Assembly: GCA_947378905.1 (NCBI GenBank)
Contig: CANCLV010000001.1
Span: 8,556 to 72,555 of the forward strand
Direction of reading: 5' to 3'
Source: Opitutia bacterium
GTDB lineage: Bacteria; Verrucomicrobiota; Verrucomicrobiia; Opitutales; UBA953
DNA length: 64,000 nucleotides
The translations under genes and the position numbers were made by a program. Of the stretch, positions 55,437 to 64,000 are shown piece after piece; positions within the stretch are counted from its first letter, which is position 1, and every line of letters begins with the position of its first letter. Below the pieces are notes generated by a model that was given only the letters and a program-made list of their open reading frames with translations, was not told the origin of the DNA and did not search any database.

Positions 55437-56101
55437 TATTGGGTCTGCGTTGTGTTATTCTTTTCCGCTTCGTCTTGTACATTCTGAGTAAAACGACGAA
55501 GGGCTGAATCAGGATCAATGCCAGCATTGCGACAGGCGGCAATGAGTTCGAACAGTTTCTTACCAGCGGCCACCTCAGTTAGTTGCTCTTGGTTGCTCTC
55601 GATATTTTTACGATCCACTAAGGTTCCGGTATTTAGGTTCTTCTTGTGAATCTGTTTCCATACATCGCGAGCCAGCAAGATTGAGTTAAGTGCAGGAGGT
55701 AAATCTTTGAAAAGTGTGGCAGGACGATTGCCCTTCTCTTTCAATTTAATTTGTTCCCATTGTTGAATCACCGCAGCGCTATCTCCCAGTTTATTCCCGT
55801 TGCCAAAGACGTGAGGGTGACGACGCACCATCTTCTCGTTTACCTCGTTTGCCACGTCATCGAAATTAAATTGTCCAGCCTCCGCAGCCATCTGGGAGTG
55901 AAGTACTACGTGAAAAAGCAAGTCGCCTAATTCCTCACGGAGATTGGGTACGTCATTTTTATCAATGGCCTGAAGGACTTCAGCGACCTCCTCGACCAAT
56001 GCATCGCAGATGCTTCGGTGGGTCTGCTCGCGGTCCCATGGGCACCCGTCTGGGGCGCGCAGTTTGGCCGTTGTGGTGATTAATCGGTCAATTCCTTGCA
56101 T
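55436..56101 (-). CDS. mazG: Nucleoside triphosphate pyrophosphohydrolase MazG (single-domain form)
   Basis: LRAPDGCPWDREQTHRSI, EEVAEVLQAI and ELGDLLFHVV are MazG EEXX(E/D) motifs. Confidence 0.9.
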   Translation of the reverse strand: MQGIDRLITTTAKLRAPDGCPWDREQTHRSICDALVEEVAEVLQAIDKNDVPNLREELGDLLFHVVLHSQMAAEAGQFNFDDVANEVNEKMVRRHPHVFGNGNKLGDSAAVIQQWEQIKLKEKGNRPATLFKDLPPALNSILLARDVWKQIHKKNLNTGTLVDRKNIESNQEQLTEVAAGKKLFELIAACRNAGIDPDSALRRFTQNVQDEAEKNNTTQTQ

Positions 56102-56174
56102 ACCCCGATGGAGTCAGTTCTGCCCTCGGAGTCAAAACGATTGCCAGAATGCTTTTGGTGGTTTCGGTAGAGGA

Positions 56175-56963
56175 ATGGATAAGTTGACCGAGATAATGGA
56201 CGCCAAGCGTAAGGAAATTGAGCCTTACGTGCGTTCCGTTACGGACCAAGAGTTCGCCGTCTTTGCTGCCCGAAATAAGTCACCTGGTTTTCGCCATGCA
56301 CTCAATAACTCTAGCCAGATTACCGTAATCGCAGAAGTTAAGCGAGCCTCACCGAGCGTGGGGACGATTAAAAGCGAAGTGAATGCTATTGAACAAGCTA
56401 GACTCTATGCCCAAGCCGGCGCCGAGTGCTTGTCGGTTCTGACTGAAACAAAATATTTTAATGGTCGATTACAGGACTTAATCGACGTCGTCAATGATCA
56501 GGCCAAAAGCCCCCACCCGCTTCCTTGTATTCGGAAAGACTTCATGGTGCATCCTTTTCAAGTCTTAGAAGCCGCCCAAGCCGGGGCACGTTGTATTTTA
56601 ATTATTGTTCGTGGATTAACCGATGAAGAAATTCAACCCATTCATGCTGCGGCACAACTATCCGGATTGGACACGCTTTTTGAAGTGCATGACGAATTTG
56701 AATTAGAACGCGCTCTTAAACATAATCCGAATATGATTGGGGTGAATAATCGGAATCTATCGACGTTCCAGATTGATTTAAGTTTTGCTGAACGTGTGAT
56801 ACCTCAAATGCCCTCTTCGATTCTGAAAGTAGCAGAGAGCGGAATCAAAACTGCCGAAGATGCAGCCCGAATGCGTAAAGCTGGAGCGAATGCACTACTC
56901 GTGGGAGAATCTTTAATGCGCGCGGAAAATCCAGCAGCCCTGCTTAAAGCATTCCGCGGATAA
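56175..56963 (+). CDS. trpC: Indole-3-glycerol phosphate synthase
   Basis: The start is set at ATG 56175 (MDKLTEIMDAKRKEI). Motifs IAEVKRASPS, LSVLTE, IRKDF, GVNNRNL and AESGI. Solitary. Confidence 0.93.
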   Translation: MDKLTEIMDAKRKEIEPYVRSVTDQEFAVFAARNKSPGFRHALNNSSQITVIAEVKRASPSVGTIKSEVNAIEQARLYAQAGAECLSVLTETKYFNGRLQDLIDVVNDQAKSPHPLPCIRKDFMVHPFQVLEAAQAGARCILIIVRGLTDEEIQPIHAAAQLSGLDTLFEVHDEFELERALKHNPNMIGVNNRNLSTFQIDLSFAERVIPQMPSSILKVAESGIKTAEDAARMRKAGANALLVGESLMRAENPAALLKAFRG

Positions 56964-57796
56964 TGAATGACGGCCCATTATCTCTGGGTGAAACGCGTGA
57001 CTTACTCGCACAGTTGTCACACATGCCTAAGAAATGGTTGGGGCAAAACTTTTTAGTGGACGGAAATATCGTCCGTAAATCTCTCGAATTAGCGGAAATA
57101 AAATCAGGCGACTGTGTGTTAGAAGTAGGCCCAGGCTTAGGCACCTTAAGTCGCACCCTACTCGGAGCAGGCGTCGAGCTTCATGCCATTGAAGCCGATC
57201 GCACGATGTTGTTTCATTTAGAGGAAACTCTGAAATCGCGTTGGCCCAAAACCTTTTTTCTTACAGAAGGTGATGCCGTTGATAAACCTTTCGCGGATTT
57301 ACAAAATAAACCCGATGGTTCGTTCAAAGTAGTTGCTAATCTACCATATGCGATTTCGACACCGTGGATTGATGCAATCTGCGGAGGGCCACACCCATCC
57401 ATCATGGTGCTCATGCTGCAACGTGAGGCGGCTGAAAGATTAACGGCCGATGTTGGCACCGCCCATTGGTCCGCTGTCACTATCCAAGTCGCTCTAGCTT
57501 TCGATAAAATCAAAGTGCATCCAGTGCCTAGTCAGTCATTCAACCCACCACCTAAAGTTGACTCATGCCTACTCGTTTTGCGTCGGAAAGATAATCCACG
57601 CAGATTAAGTCCGAGAGCTAAAGAAGTAGCACGTGGATTATTTACTCAACGTCGCAAGCAGGTAGGCTCATCGGCCAAGAAGCTTTTCCCGGATCAAACC
57701 GATGTCCTTCGCTGGCTTGAGCGTTTGCCAGATTTCGGTCTGACGGCACAAGCCAGACCTCAAGAAATCCCTGCGGAAGCCTGGTTAAGCCTCTAA
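56963..57796 (+). CDS. rsmA: 16S rRNA (adenine1518/1519-N6)-dimethyltransferase
   Basis: GQNFLVDGNIVRK, EVGPGLGTLS and ANLPYAISTP motifs. 1-nt overlap with trpC. Confidence 0.93.
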   Translation: MNDGPLSLGETRDLLAQLSHMPKKWLGQNFLVDGNIVRKSLELAEIKSGDCVLEVGPGLGTLSRTLLGAGVELHAIEADRTMLFHLEETLKSRWPKTFFLTEGDAVDKPFADLQNKPDGSFKVVANLPYAISTPWIDAICGGPHPSIMVLMLQREAAERLTADVGTAHWSAVTIQVALAFDKIKVHPVPSQSFNPPPKVDSCLLVLRRKDNPRRLSPRAKEVARGLFTQRRKQVGSSAKKLFPDQTDVLRWLERLPDFGLTAQARPQEIPAEAWLSL

Positions 57797-57854
57797 ATCG
57801 GCTAAAACGATTCACAAGGTTGCTTTCTCCGAAATCTTTGGTCTTTGTGTCAGA

Positions 57855-59234
57855 ATGTCTGTCAAAGTAGGACTCGTATCCCTCGGTTGCGCCAAGAATC
57901 TCATCGATTCTGAAATCATGATTGGTCACCTCGCCAAGGCTGGGATGTCCATGACCAGTAATGCCGCCGAAGCCGATGTTGTGATCGTCAATACCTGTTC
58001 GTTTATCGACGCGTCCAAACACGAAGCCTTAGAAGCGATTTACGAAATGAGTGATGGCAAGGCCACCGCTCGAAAGAAAAATCAGAAGCTCATTGTCGCG
58101 GGTTGCATGTCGCAACGTTATCAAGGTGCTCTGCCCGTCGTCGAAGGTATCAAAGGACGAGTCGAATTACCGAAGGTCGATGCTTTTATCGGACTTGATC
58201 AAGTCACTAACATTGTGCCGGTGATTGAAAAAGTGATGGGTGGTCTAGCTGGTATGACTGAGTTCGTATCCAAAGTCACAACGTTCATCCCTGATTACGA
58301 TACACCTCGTTTTCGCCTCACCCCTAAACACAGCGCTTATATTAAAATCGCGGAAGGATGTAATCACCCTTGTACTTTTTGTATTATTCCACGCATTCGC
58401 GGACGCCACCGCAGTCGCACCGTAGACTCCGTCGTAAAAGAAGCTCAAAAACTTGTTAAAGAAGGCGTTAAAGAAATTAATTTAATTTCTCAAGATACGA
58501 CTTACTTCGGCATGGATCGCTGGTCCGAAGAAAGACCTAATCCACGCAGTAAAGTCGACTCCTCCAAAGGCGAATCACTGGCTTCATTGCTCAGAGAACT
58601 CGATACTATTGAAGGCGATTTCTGGGTTCGTTTACTCTACACTCACCCTGCTCACTGGAGCGATGAACTCATCGAGACTATCGCTAAGTCAAAGCACGTT
58701 GCACGTTATGTAGATATTCCTCTCCAGCACATTTCAGATAAAATGTTAACCGCGATGCAGCGTGAAACGAGTGGAGATTATATTCGCGATTTAATTAAGC
58801 GTATGCGCCAAGGTGCACCCCTCATGGCAATTCGTACAACTTTCATTGTCGGCTTCCCGGGTGAAACTGAAGAAGATTTCACTGAGCTCCTTAAGTTCCT
58901 CGAAGAAACTCAATTCGACCGCGTTGGCATTTTCAAATACTCACAAGAAGAAGGAACCAAGGCCGCTAAAATGGAAGGACACTTATCTCAGGAAGTTAAA
59001 GAAGATCGTTATGCACGTGCAATGACCCTTTTACAACGTCTCTCAAAAGAACGTGGCGATCGCTTTATCGGTCGTAAAATTCGTGTACTCGTTGAAAGCC
59101 CAGGTGTAGGTCGCAGTGAAGGCGACGCCATGGATATCGATGGTATCGTGAAGATTCCCAAGAAATTCTCGGTCGGTGAATTCGCCGATGTCACTGTAAC
59201 CGGCGCCGAAGAGTACGATCTAATCGCTAAATAA
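57855..59234 (+). CDS. rimO: Ribosomal protein S12 methylthiotransferase
   Basis: VGLVSLGCAKNLIDSE (UPF0004 domain), radical-SAM CNHPCTFC, and a C-terminal TRAM domain. Confidence 0.95.
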   Translation: MSVKVGLVSLGCAKNLIDSEIMIGHLAKAGMSMTSNAAEADVVIVNTCSFIDASKHEALEAIYEMSDGKATARKKNQKLIVAGCMSQRYQGALPVVEGIKGRVELPKVDAFIGLDQVTNIVPVIEKVMGGLAGMTEFVSKVTTFIPDYDTPRFRLTPKHSAYIKIAEGCNHPCTFCIIPRIRGRHRSRTVDSVVKEAQKLVKEGVKEINLISQDTTYFGMDRWSEERPNPRSKVDSSKGESLASLLRELDTIEGDFWVRLLYTHPAHWSDELIETIAKSKHVARYVDIPLQHISDKMLTAMQRETSGDYIRDLIKRMRQGAPLMAIRTTFIVGFPGETEEDFTELLKFLEETQFDRVGIFKYSQEEGTKAAKMEGHLSQEVKEDRYARAMTLLQRLSKERGDRFIGRKIRVLVESPGVGRSEGDAMDIDGIVKIPKKFSVGEFADVTVTGAEEYDLIAK

Positions 59235-61754
59235 TTAGTGCTTATCCTCACCATCGTCAGAGATTTCTGCCGATGCAGTAGCTGCGGGTGTATCGCTCAG
59301 ACGAATTAAAGATTCCAGCGATGAGAAGTGTCGCGTCCAATCGGTCATATCAGGAATATCACCAACGATAGCTGAGAATAATTCACGCTTACTTTGCTTG
59401 AGATCTTCAATGCGTGATTCCACGGTGCCTGGAGCGATCATACGATAAATCATGACGTGATTCTTCTGACCGATACGGTGAACACGATCAACGGCCTGAC
59501 TTTCCACTGCAGGATTCCACCACGGATCCATTAAGAAAACATACTCGGCAGTATTGAGCGTGATACCCGTACCACCAGCTTTGAGTGAGGCTAAGAAAAC
59601 TGCTGGTCCTTTGGTCTCTTTAAAATTCTCAACCGGCGATGAGCGGTCTTTGGTTTCACCTGTAAGTTCGAAAATCGGAAGATTAGGTAAATCTCTACCG
59701 AGACTTGCCTTAACGCGATTAAGCAATGTCACGAATTGCGAGAACACGACGGCTTTGGAACCGTTGGCAGCAATTTCTGACAATTTAGAAATCAGCAGCG
59801 TAATTTTACCTGAATGGGTAGAGTGCGCATGGGCATTCTCAGGCAATAAACCTGGGTCGCAACAAACCTGACGCAGACGCATTAAAAGCGTTAAGAATGA
59901 AGCTGAGTCTTTTGATAAAACTGTGGCAAGGTCTCCGGATAATCCACTGCCCTGCGTTAAGTGTTGGTATAATGCGCGTTGTTCGTGTGTGAGAGGACAA
60001 GGCAAGACGACTTCCTGCTTAGGCGGAATGTCAGACGCAACGTGACGTTTTAATCTTCGTAGAATAAACGGTGAAACCTGACGACGTACTTTAACGTGGG
60101 CTGCGGACTCATCGCGTTGCATGAACTTTTCAAAGTGAGCACGCTTTCCTAAAAGACCCGGCATAAGGAATCGAAAGATTGTCCACAGGTCAGTGAGACG
60201 ATTTTCTAGAGGTGTTCCGGTAATAGCGATGCGGTGTAGCGCCTTCACACTTAAACATGTCTGCGTAGTTTTTGCTTCTGGATTTTTAATCGCCTGGGCT
60301 TCATCGAGCACCACGTAACCGAATTCAGTTTTTTCTAAGAGATCAGCATGGCGACGTAGTTGCGTATAACTTGAAATCCAAAGTTTTGCTTTCGGGTTTT
60401 TGGCAAAATCGTCATCAGCGGTTAAAACTGCGACATCAGCCGAGAGCTCAGGATGAAAACGCTTAATTTCGCCAATCCACACCGGGATGACACTCGCTGG
60501 ACAGACAATCAACGAGCGGTCACCAGCGGGTCTGGAAGCCAACAAGGCCAGCACCTGGACGGTCTTACCAAGGCCCATTTCATCGGCCAATAATGGATGA
60601 GCGCCCAGGTCACAGAGTCGTCCGAGCCACGCAACGCCTTTTGCTTGGTAGGGACGGAGATAGGTTGGCAAGCCTTCGGGATGTGGAGGCTCTTGCAGCA
60701 GACGGTCTTTCCACTCCTTCAAATCGTCATTCAATTTCAATGTACCTACTGCTGGGTGATCGAATAACGAAAGTAATAAATAACGCGGGACTTCCCCATC
60801 TTTACTTTTCCAATCTTCAGAAAAATCTGCAACGGAGGCATTGTAAGCAACGACACCCTTGCCAGGTAAAATGACCGGGCGACCACCGGCTTTTAATAAT
60901 AATTTTTGCTCGTGCTCAAGTAACGGGTGACTGCCGGCCTTAAGACTCCAGCTCAAACGAAATGACTTCTTGTCATTACCCGAGTTAGCTTGGGCGTCGA
61001 TAGCGACCTGGAGTTGTTCGTTACGGAAAATATTAAGAGACTCTTCGCCAACGAGTTTGAATCGTTTACGCCATTCATTTAATTCTTCGCGAACGAATCT
61101 TTCAATTCTTCCGATATTATCAATGGCCCAAGTGCCAGCTGTTTTACTATAAACGAATCCTGCACGGTGGGCGACGGTGCTAAAACGGAATAAAGTCTGG
61201 CGCTGTTCATCAGACAATTCATCGCCTGGCACCGCGCCTGGACCGAAGCAATTATAGGCATGTCCGCCCCTGCCCGCCCACGATGCCGAGGCCGTTAAAC
61301 CTTCGGATACTAGCTCAAATGATACCTGAAGCTTAAGCGCAAGACGCGACGAGGTATCTTTTTTCTCGGGCTCAACGACAAGGACAGGTTGAACCTCAGG
61401 TACCGAATCATCGATAGCTTTAATTTCATCTGCTAAAAGTTCTTCCACTTCATACATTGCGGCGACGGCGTAAGGCGCGCCCGATTCATCTTCAGGTAAG
61501 GAACTTCTCCACTCAATTTTTCCATCAACGAGTTCAATCACAGCACGAACCGTTTTGTTATCAAATTTAGTAACAGCTTCTGCGCTATTAGTTTTTAGTT
61601 CAATCGATCTAACCAATCCCTCTGTATAAATCTGTCGGCCTAGTTTTAAGTCTTTTGCTTTAAAGACGGTTTCCCATTCTTCAGGTAGGTCCTGGAACCA
61701 GTGTTCTAGGGCTTCCGTGGAGTAGGAGCGGTTTGCCGGCCTTGGGGTAGACAT
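59235..61754 (-). CDS. SNF2-family DEAD/H helicase with a ~350-aa N-terminal accessory region
   Basis: SNF2_N motifs (LADEMGLGKT, VLDEAQAIKN) and helicase C (LKAGGTGITLN, NPAVESQAVDRVHRIGQ). The N-terminal region resembles SWIM-containing bacterial SNF2 proteins but lacks the Cys/His ligands. Confidence 0.9.
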   Translation of the reverse strand: MSTPRPANRSYSTEALEHWFQDLPEEWETVFKAKDLKLGRQIYTEGLVRSIELKTNSAEAVTKFDNKTVRAVIELVDGKIEWRSSLPEDESGAPYAVAAMYEVEELLADEIKAIDDSVPEVQPVLVVEPEKKDTSSRLALKLQVSFELVSEGLTASASWAGRGGHAYNCFGPGAVPGDELSDEQRQTLFRFSTVAHRAGFVYSKTAGTWAIDNIGRIERFVREELNEWRKRFKLVGEESLNIFRNEQLQVAIDAQANSGNDKKSFRLSWSLKAGSHPLLEHEQKLLLKAGGRPVILPGKGVVAYNASVADFSEDWKSKDGEVPRYLLLSLFDHPAVGTLKLNDDLKEWKDRLLQEPPHPEGLPTYLRPYQAKGVAWLGRLCDLGAHPLLADEMGLGKTVQVLALLASRPAGDRSLIVCPASVIPVWIGEIKRFHPELSADVAVLTADDDFAKNPKAKLWISSYTQLRRHADLLEKTEFGYVVLDEAQAIKNPEAKTTQTCLSVKALHRIAITGTPLENRLTDLWTIFRFLMPGLLGKRAHFEKFMQRDESAAHVKVRRQVSPFILRRLKRHVASDIPPKQEVVLPCPLTHEQRALYQHLTQGSGLSGDLATVLSKDSASFLTLLMRLRQVCCDPGLLPENAHAHSTHSGKITLLISKLSEIAANGSKAVVFSQFVTLLNRVKASLGRDLPNLPIFELTGETKDRSSPVENFKETKGPAVFLASLKAGGTGITLNTAEYVFLMDPWWNPAVESQAVDRVHRIGQKNHVMIYRMIAPGTVESRIEDLKQSKRELFSAIVGDIPDMTDWTRHFSSLESLIRLSDTPAATASAEISDDGEDKH

Positions 61755-61886
61755 CGACGTAGAGAATCAGTATTGATGCTTATTTTAAGTCATTCAACCC
61801 TCAATCTTAACTAAATAGTTTGGTCTGGGCTTGTTCTTGTCCGCACCTCTGGTTAAATCCAAATCAAACTTTAATTCGTAACACAT

Positions 61887-64000
61887 ATGAAACATCTTAG
61901 TGTAGGCACACGCTGGAATGCCGATTTAGTGGCAGAATATCACGAGCGTTGGAAAAAAGACCCGAAGTCAGTAGATGCAGATTGGGCAGCTTTTTTTGAA
62001 GGATTTGAACTGGGTTTATCACTTCCACCTAAACCAGCAAAAGGTGCAGCAGCTGTGGCACCAGGATCAGGTGTTGATGCTTCAGCACAAGCGAAGGTTC
62101 TCGCCGCCATTCAAGCTTACCGCTCTTTAGGTCACCTACAGGCAAGAATTAATCCCCTTTTCGATCCTACTCCCTATTTTGAATTAACCGATAAAGCACT
62201 CGGACTCGATAGCTTACCACCGACACAAATTTTCCATACTGGCGATTTCTTAGGCGGGGTGATGTTACCTCTTTCAGAGATTTTAACTAAATTAAAAAGT
62301 ATCTATGGCGGTACTATCGGAGTCGAGTTCACCCACATTCAAGACGGAGGACGTCGTCGTTGGTTTCAAGAACGCGTTGAAAGCTCTGGTTTACGTTCCG
62401 GCTATAATCACGATACACGCCGAGGATTTTTAAGAACCTTAGTTCAGGCTGAACAATTTGAGCGTTTTATCCATAAAACCTTCGTAGGTGCTAAGCGCTT
62501 CTCCGTTGAAGGTGGAGAAAGCATGATGGTCGCACTCGAACGTATTATTTCCCGTTCACCAGAATTAGAAATCAACGATATCATCATCGGTATGGCCCAC
62601 CGCGGTCGTCTCAATGTTTTGGTAAACGTTTTAGGTAAGAAAGCTGAAGCTCTCTTTAAAGCCTTTGCCGAAAGTTATATTCCAGATACAAGTTCTGGCG
62701 ATGGTGACGTTAAATATCACCTCGGGTACGAGAGCAGTCGTGCCATCAGTGGAAAAAATATCGCCCTCACTCTCGCTTACAATCCAAGTCACTTAGAAGC
62801 AGTGAATCCGATTGTCCTCGGACGTGCCCGTGCGCGCGTTGATTTACAAAACGGAACTCAACGCTCGAAGGTTCTTCCGATTTTAATTCACGGTGACGCT
62901 GCATTTGCCGGTCAAGGCATTGTGATGGAGTCCCTTAATCTTTCCGGTGTTAAAGGTTACACAGTGGCTGGCACACTTCATATCGTTACCAATAACCAAG
63001 TTGGTTTTACGACCAATCCAGATGAAGGTCGCACTGGTCGTCACTGCACCGAAATCGCCAAGTTCATCGAAGCTCCGATTTTACATGTGAATGGCGATGA
63101 TCCTGATGCCGTCGTACTCGCCACCGAAATCGCATTAGAATATCGACAAAAATTCGCCGCCGATGTCGTCGTCGATATCGTTTGCTACCGTCGTTACGGC
63201 CACAACGAGACGGACGAACCTCTCTTCACTCAGCCTATTTTATACAAAAATATCACTACCCACCCGAGTGTGACTGAATTGTACTCTTCTCGTTTAACCG
63301 AGTCAGGTTCTGCACCTGATGGTGAATTGCTCAGCCTCCGCACCGAATTTGATATTTTATTAAACGCCGCACAAGATCGTGCACGCGCCAGTCTTGAGGC
63401 CGACCTCGCCAATAAACCCGCACCCAAGCTCAAACCTTTCCAATCTCCCTACGACGCACACGTTGAGACGCGTGCCAATGCGGAGTTGTTACAAAAAATT
63501 GCACCGTCACTTTGGACGATGCCACCTGACTTTGCGCCGAACACGAAAATCAAGCGCATGTTGGATATCAAAAGAGATACATTTAAATCGGGAGTTAACT
63601 TTGATTGGAGTTTAGGCGAAGGCTTAGCGTTTGGTTCCCTACTCGCAGAAGGACACCCAGTTCGTATTTCAGGTCAGGACTGCGAACGCGGAACATTTTC
63701 ACACCGCCACGCCGTACTTCACGATCCATCGAACGACGCCGAATATTGTCCGCTAAATTCCGTTCCAGGTGGCGAATCTATCGAGTTAGTTAATTCAACA
63801 TTATCTGAATACGCTGTCTTAGGCTTCGATTACGGATATTCATTAGAAGCCCCAGATTCATTGGTTATTTGGGAAGCGCAGTTCGGAGACTTCTCAAACG
63901 GTGCACAAATTGTCATCGATCAATTCATCGCCTCAGCAGAATCAAAGTGGGGTCAGACGAGTGGCTTAGTCCTCTTGCTTCCTCATGGTTACGAAGGCCA
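61887..64000 (+). CDS. sucA: 2-oxoglutarate dehydrogenase E1 component, 5' part (open at window end)
   Basis: This gene is not in the ORF track because there is no stop in the window. Translation from ATG 61887 gives MKHLSVGTRWNADLVAEYHERWKKDPKSVDADWAAFFEGF..., then GTIGVEFTHI, RFSVEGGESM, GMAHRGRLNVL, IHGDAAFAGQG, and ends in LLLPHGYEGQ. All are typical SucA motifs in one frame. Confidence 0.93.
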   Translation, partial: MKHLSVGTRWNADLVAEYHERWKKDPKSVDADWAAFFEGFELGLSLPPKPAKGAAAVAPGSGVDASAQAKVLAAIQAYRSLGHLQARINPLFDPTPYFELTDKALGLDSLPPTQIFHTGDFLGGVMLPLSEILTKLKSIYGGTIGVEFTHIQDGGRRRWFQERVESSGLRSGYNHDTRRGFLRTLVQAEQFERFIHKTFVGAKRFSVEGGESMMVALERIISRSPELEINDIIIGMAHRGRLNVLVNVLGKKAEALFKAFAESYIPDTSSGDGDVKYHLGYESSRAISGKNIALTLAYNPSHLEAVNPIVLGRARARVDLQNGTQRSKVLPILIHGDAAFAGQGIVMESLNLSGVKGYTVAGTLHIVTNNQVGFTTNPDEGRTGRHCTEIAKFIEAPILHVNGDDPDAVVLATEIALEYRQKFAADVVVDIVCYRRYGHNETDEPLFTQPILYKNITTHPSVTELYSSRLTESGSAPDGELLSLRTEFDILLNAAQDRARASLEADLANKPAPKLKPFQSPYDAHVETRANAELLQKIAPSLWTMPPDFAPNTKIKRMLDIKRDTFKSGVNFDWSLGEGLAFGSLLAEGHPVRISGQDCERGTFSHRHAVLHDPSNDAEYCPLNSVPGGESIELVNSTLSEYAVLGFDYGYSLEAPDSLVIWEAQFGDFSNGAQIVIDQFIASAESKWGQTSGLVLLLPHGYEG

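Noticed and set aside
7144-56174. N-terminal extensions in the ORF track for hisS (7144), lutC (20059), the Rsm22-like gene (40895), panD (45457), tatA (52465) and trpC (56010).
   Set aside because: The extended parts overlap the preceding or divergent gene and do not resemble the family N-termini. Internal ATGs (7183, 20116, 40940, 45514, 52567, 56175) restore canonical N-termini.
949-58022. Many 60-126-aa ORFs in the track lie antisense to, or out of frame within, long genes. Examples: 949-1200, 1923-2219, 8814-9194, 16069-16440, 17050-17394, 19648-20016, 26947-27303, 46073-46414, 50740-51036 and 57642-58022.
   Set aside because: Each is fully embedded in a well-supported conserved gene and has low-complexity or Arg/Ser/Pro-rich composition typical of shadow ORFs. 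None has independent start context or recognisable motifs.
59235-61754. The SNF2 helicase considered as part of a DISARM-, BREX- or Zorya-like defence system.
   Set aside because: There is no adjacent methyltransferase, phospholipase D, DUF1998, nuclease or other partner. The flanking genes are rimO and sucA.
1-64000. Searched for CRISPR arrays, long tandem or inverted repeats, IS elements, integrases, transposases, phage genes, tRNA, rRNA or tmRNA.
   Set aside because: None was seen. Coding density is very high and the largest non-coding gap is 216 nt (2549-2764). No ORF has transposase, integrase or recombinase motifs. By-eye scanning cannot exclude short dispersed repeats.

Overview
This window is densely packed core chromosome (about 60 protein genes, both strands). 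I saw no rRNA, tRNA, CRISPR array, transposase, integrase or prophage signature. The content and organisation suggest a PVC-type bacterium, probably Verrucomicrobiota-like, but this is an inference only. The clues are a PEP-CTERM sorting signal, solitary amino-acid and cofactor biosynthesis genes (trpB, trpC, hisF, hisC, panD, panE, ribE), few Shine-Dalgarno sites and very tight gene packing. Recognisable blocks are: the elongasome operon mreBCD-(mrdA); a DeoR-controlled 6-deoxyhexose (rhamnose-type) catabolic operon fused to lutABC; and many single housekeeping genes (hisS, metG, murJ, mutS, recR, ppk1, lpxK, topB, nadB, rimO, rsmA, sucA and others). I do not see a convincing multi-gene defence island or mobile system, so nothing here can honestly be called a new system from sequence alone. 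The most unusual single item is a secreted, PEP-CTERM-anchored protein whose N-terminal domain is strikingly similar to eukaryotic ubiquitin. Other points worth follow-up: (1) the rhamnose-type operon uses a FucI/AraA-superfamily isomerase plus an extra stand-alone class II aldolase instead of RhaA/RhaI; (2) an orphan 589-aa cytoplasmic protein lies next to that operon and shares a promoter-proximal motif with the DeoR operator; (3) all ten convergent gene pairs overlap or abut, with no terminator space; (4) -10-like boxes recur 6-8 nt upstream of start codons, implying leaderless mRNAs; (5) there is a HAD-DUF721(DciA-like) fusion; (6) there are two odd translationally coupled operons, acyP-ABC-ABC2-TPR and mazG-ygjP-NUDIX. 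All family assignments are by-eye motif recognition. No database search was run.
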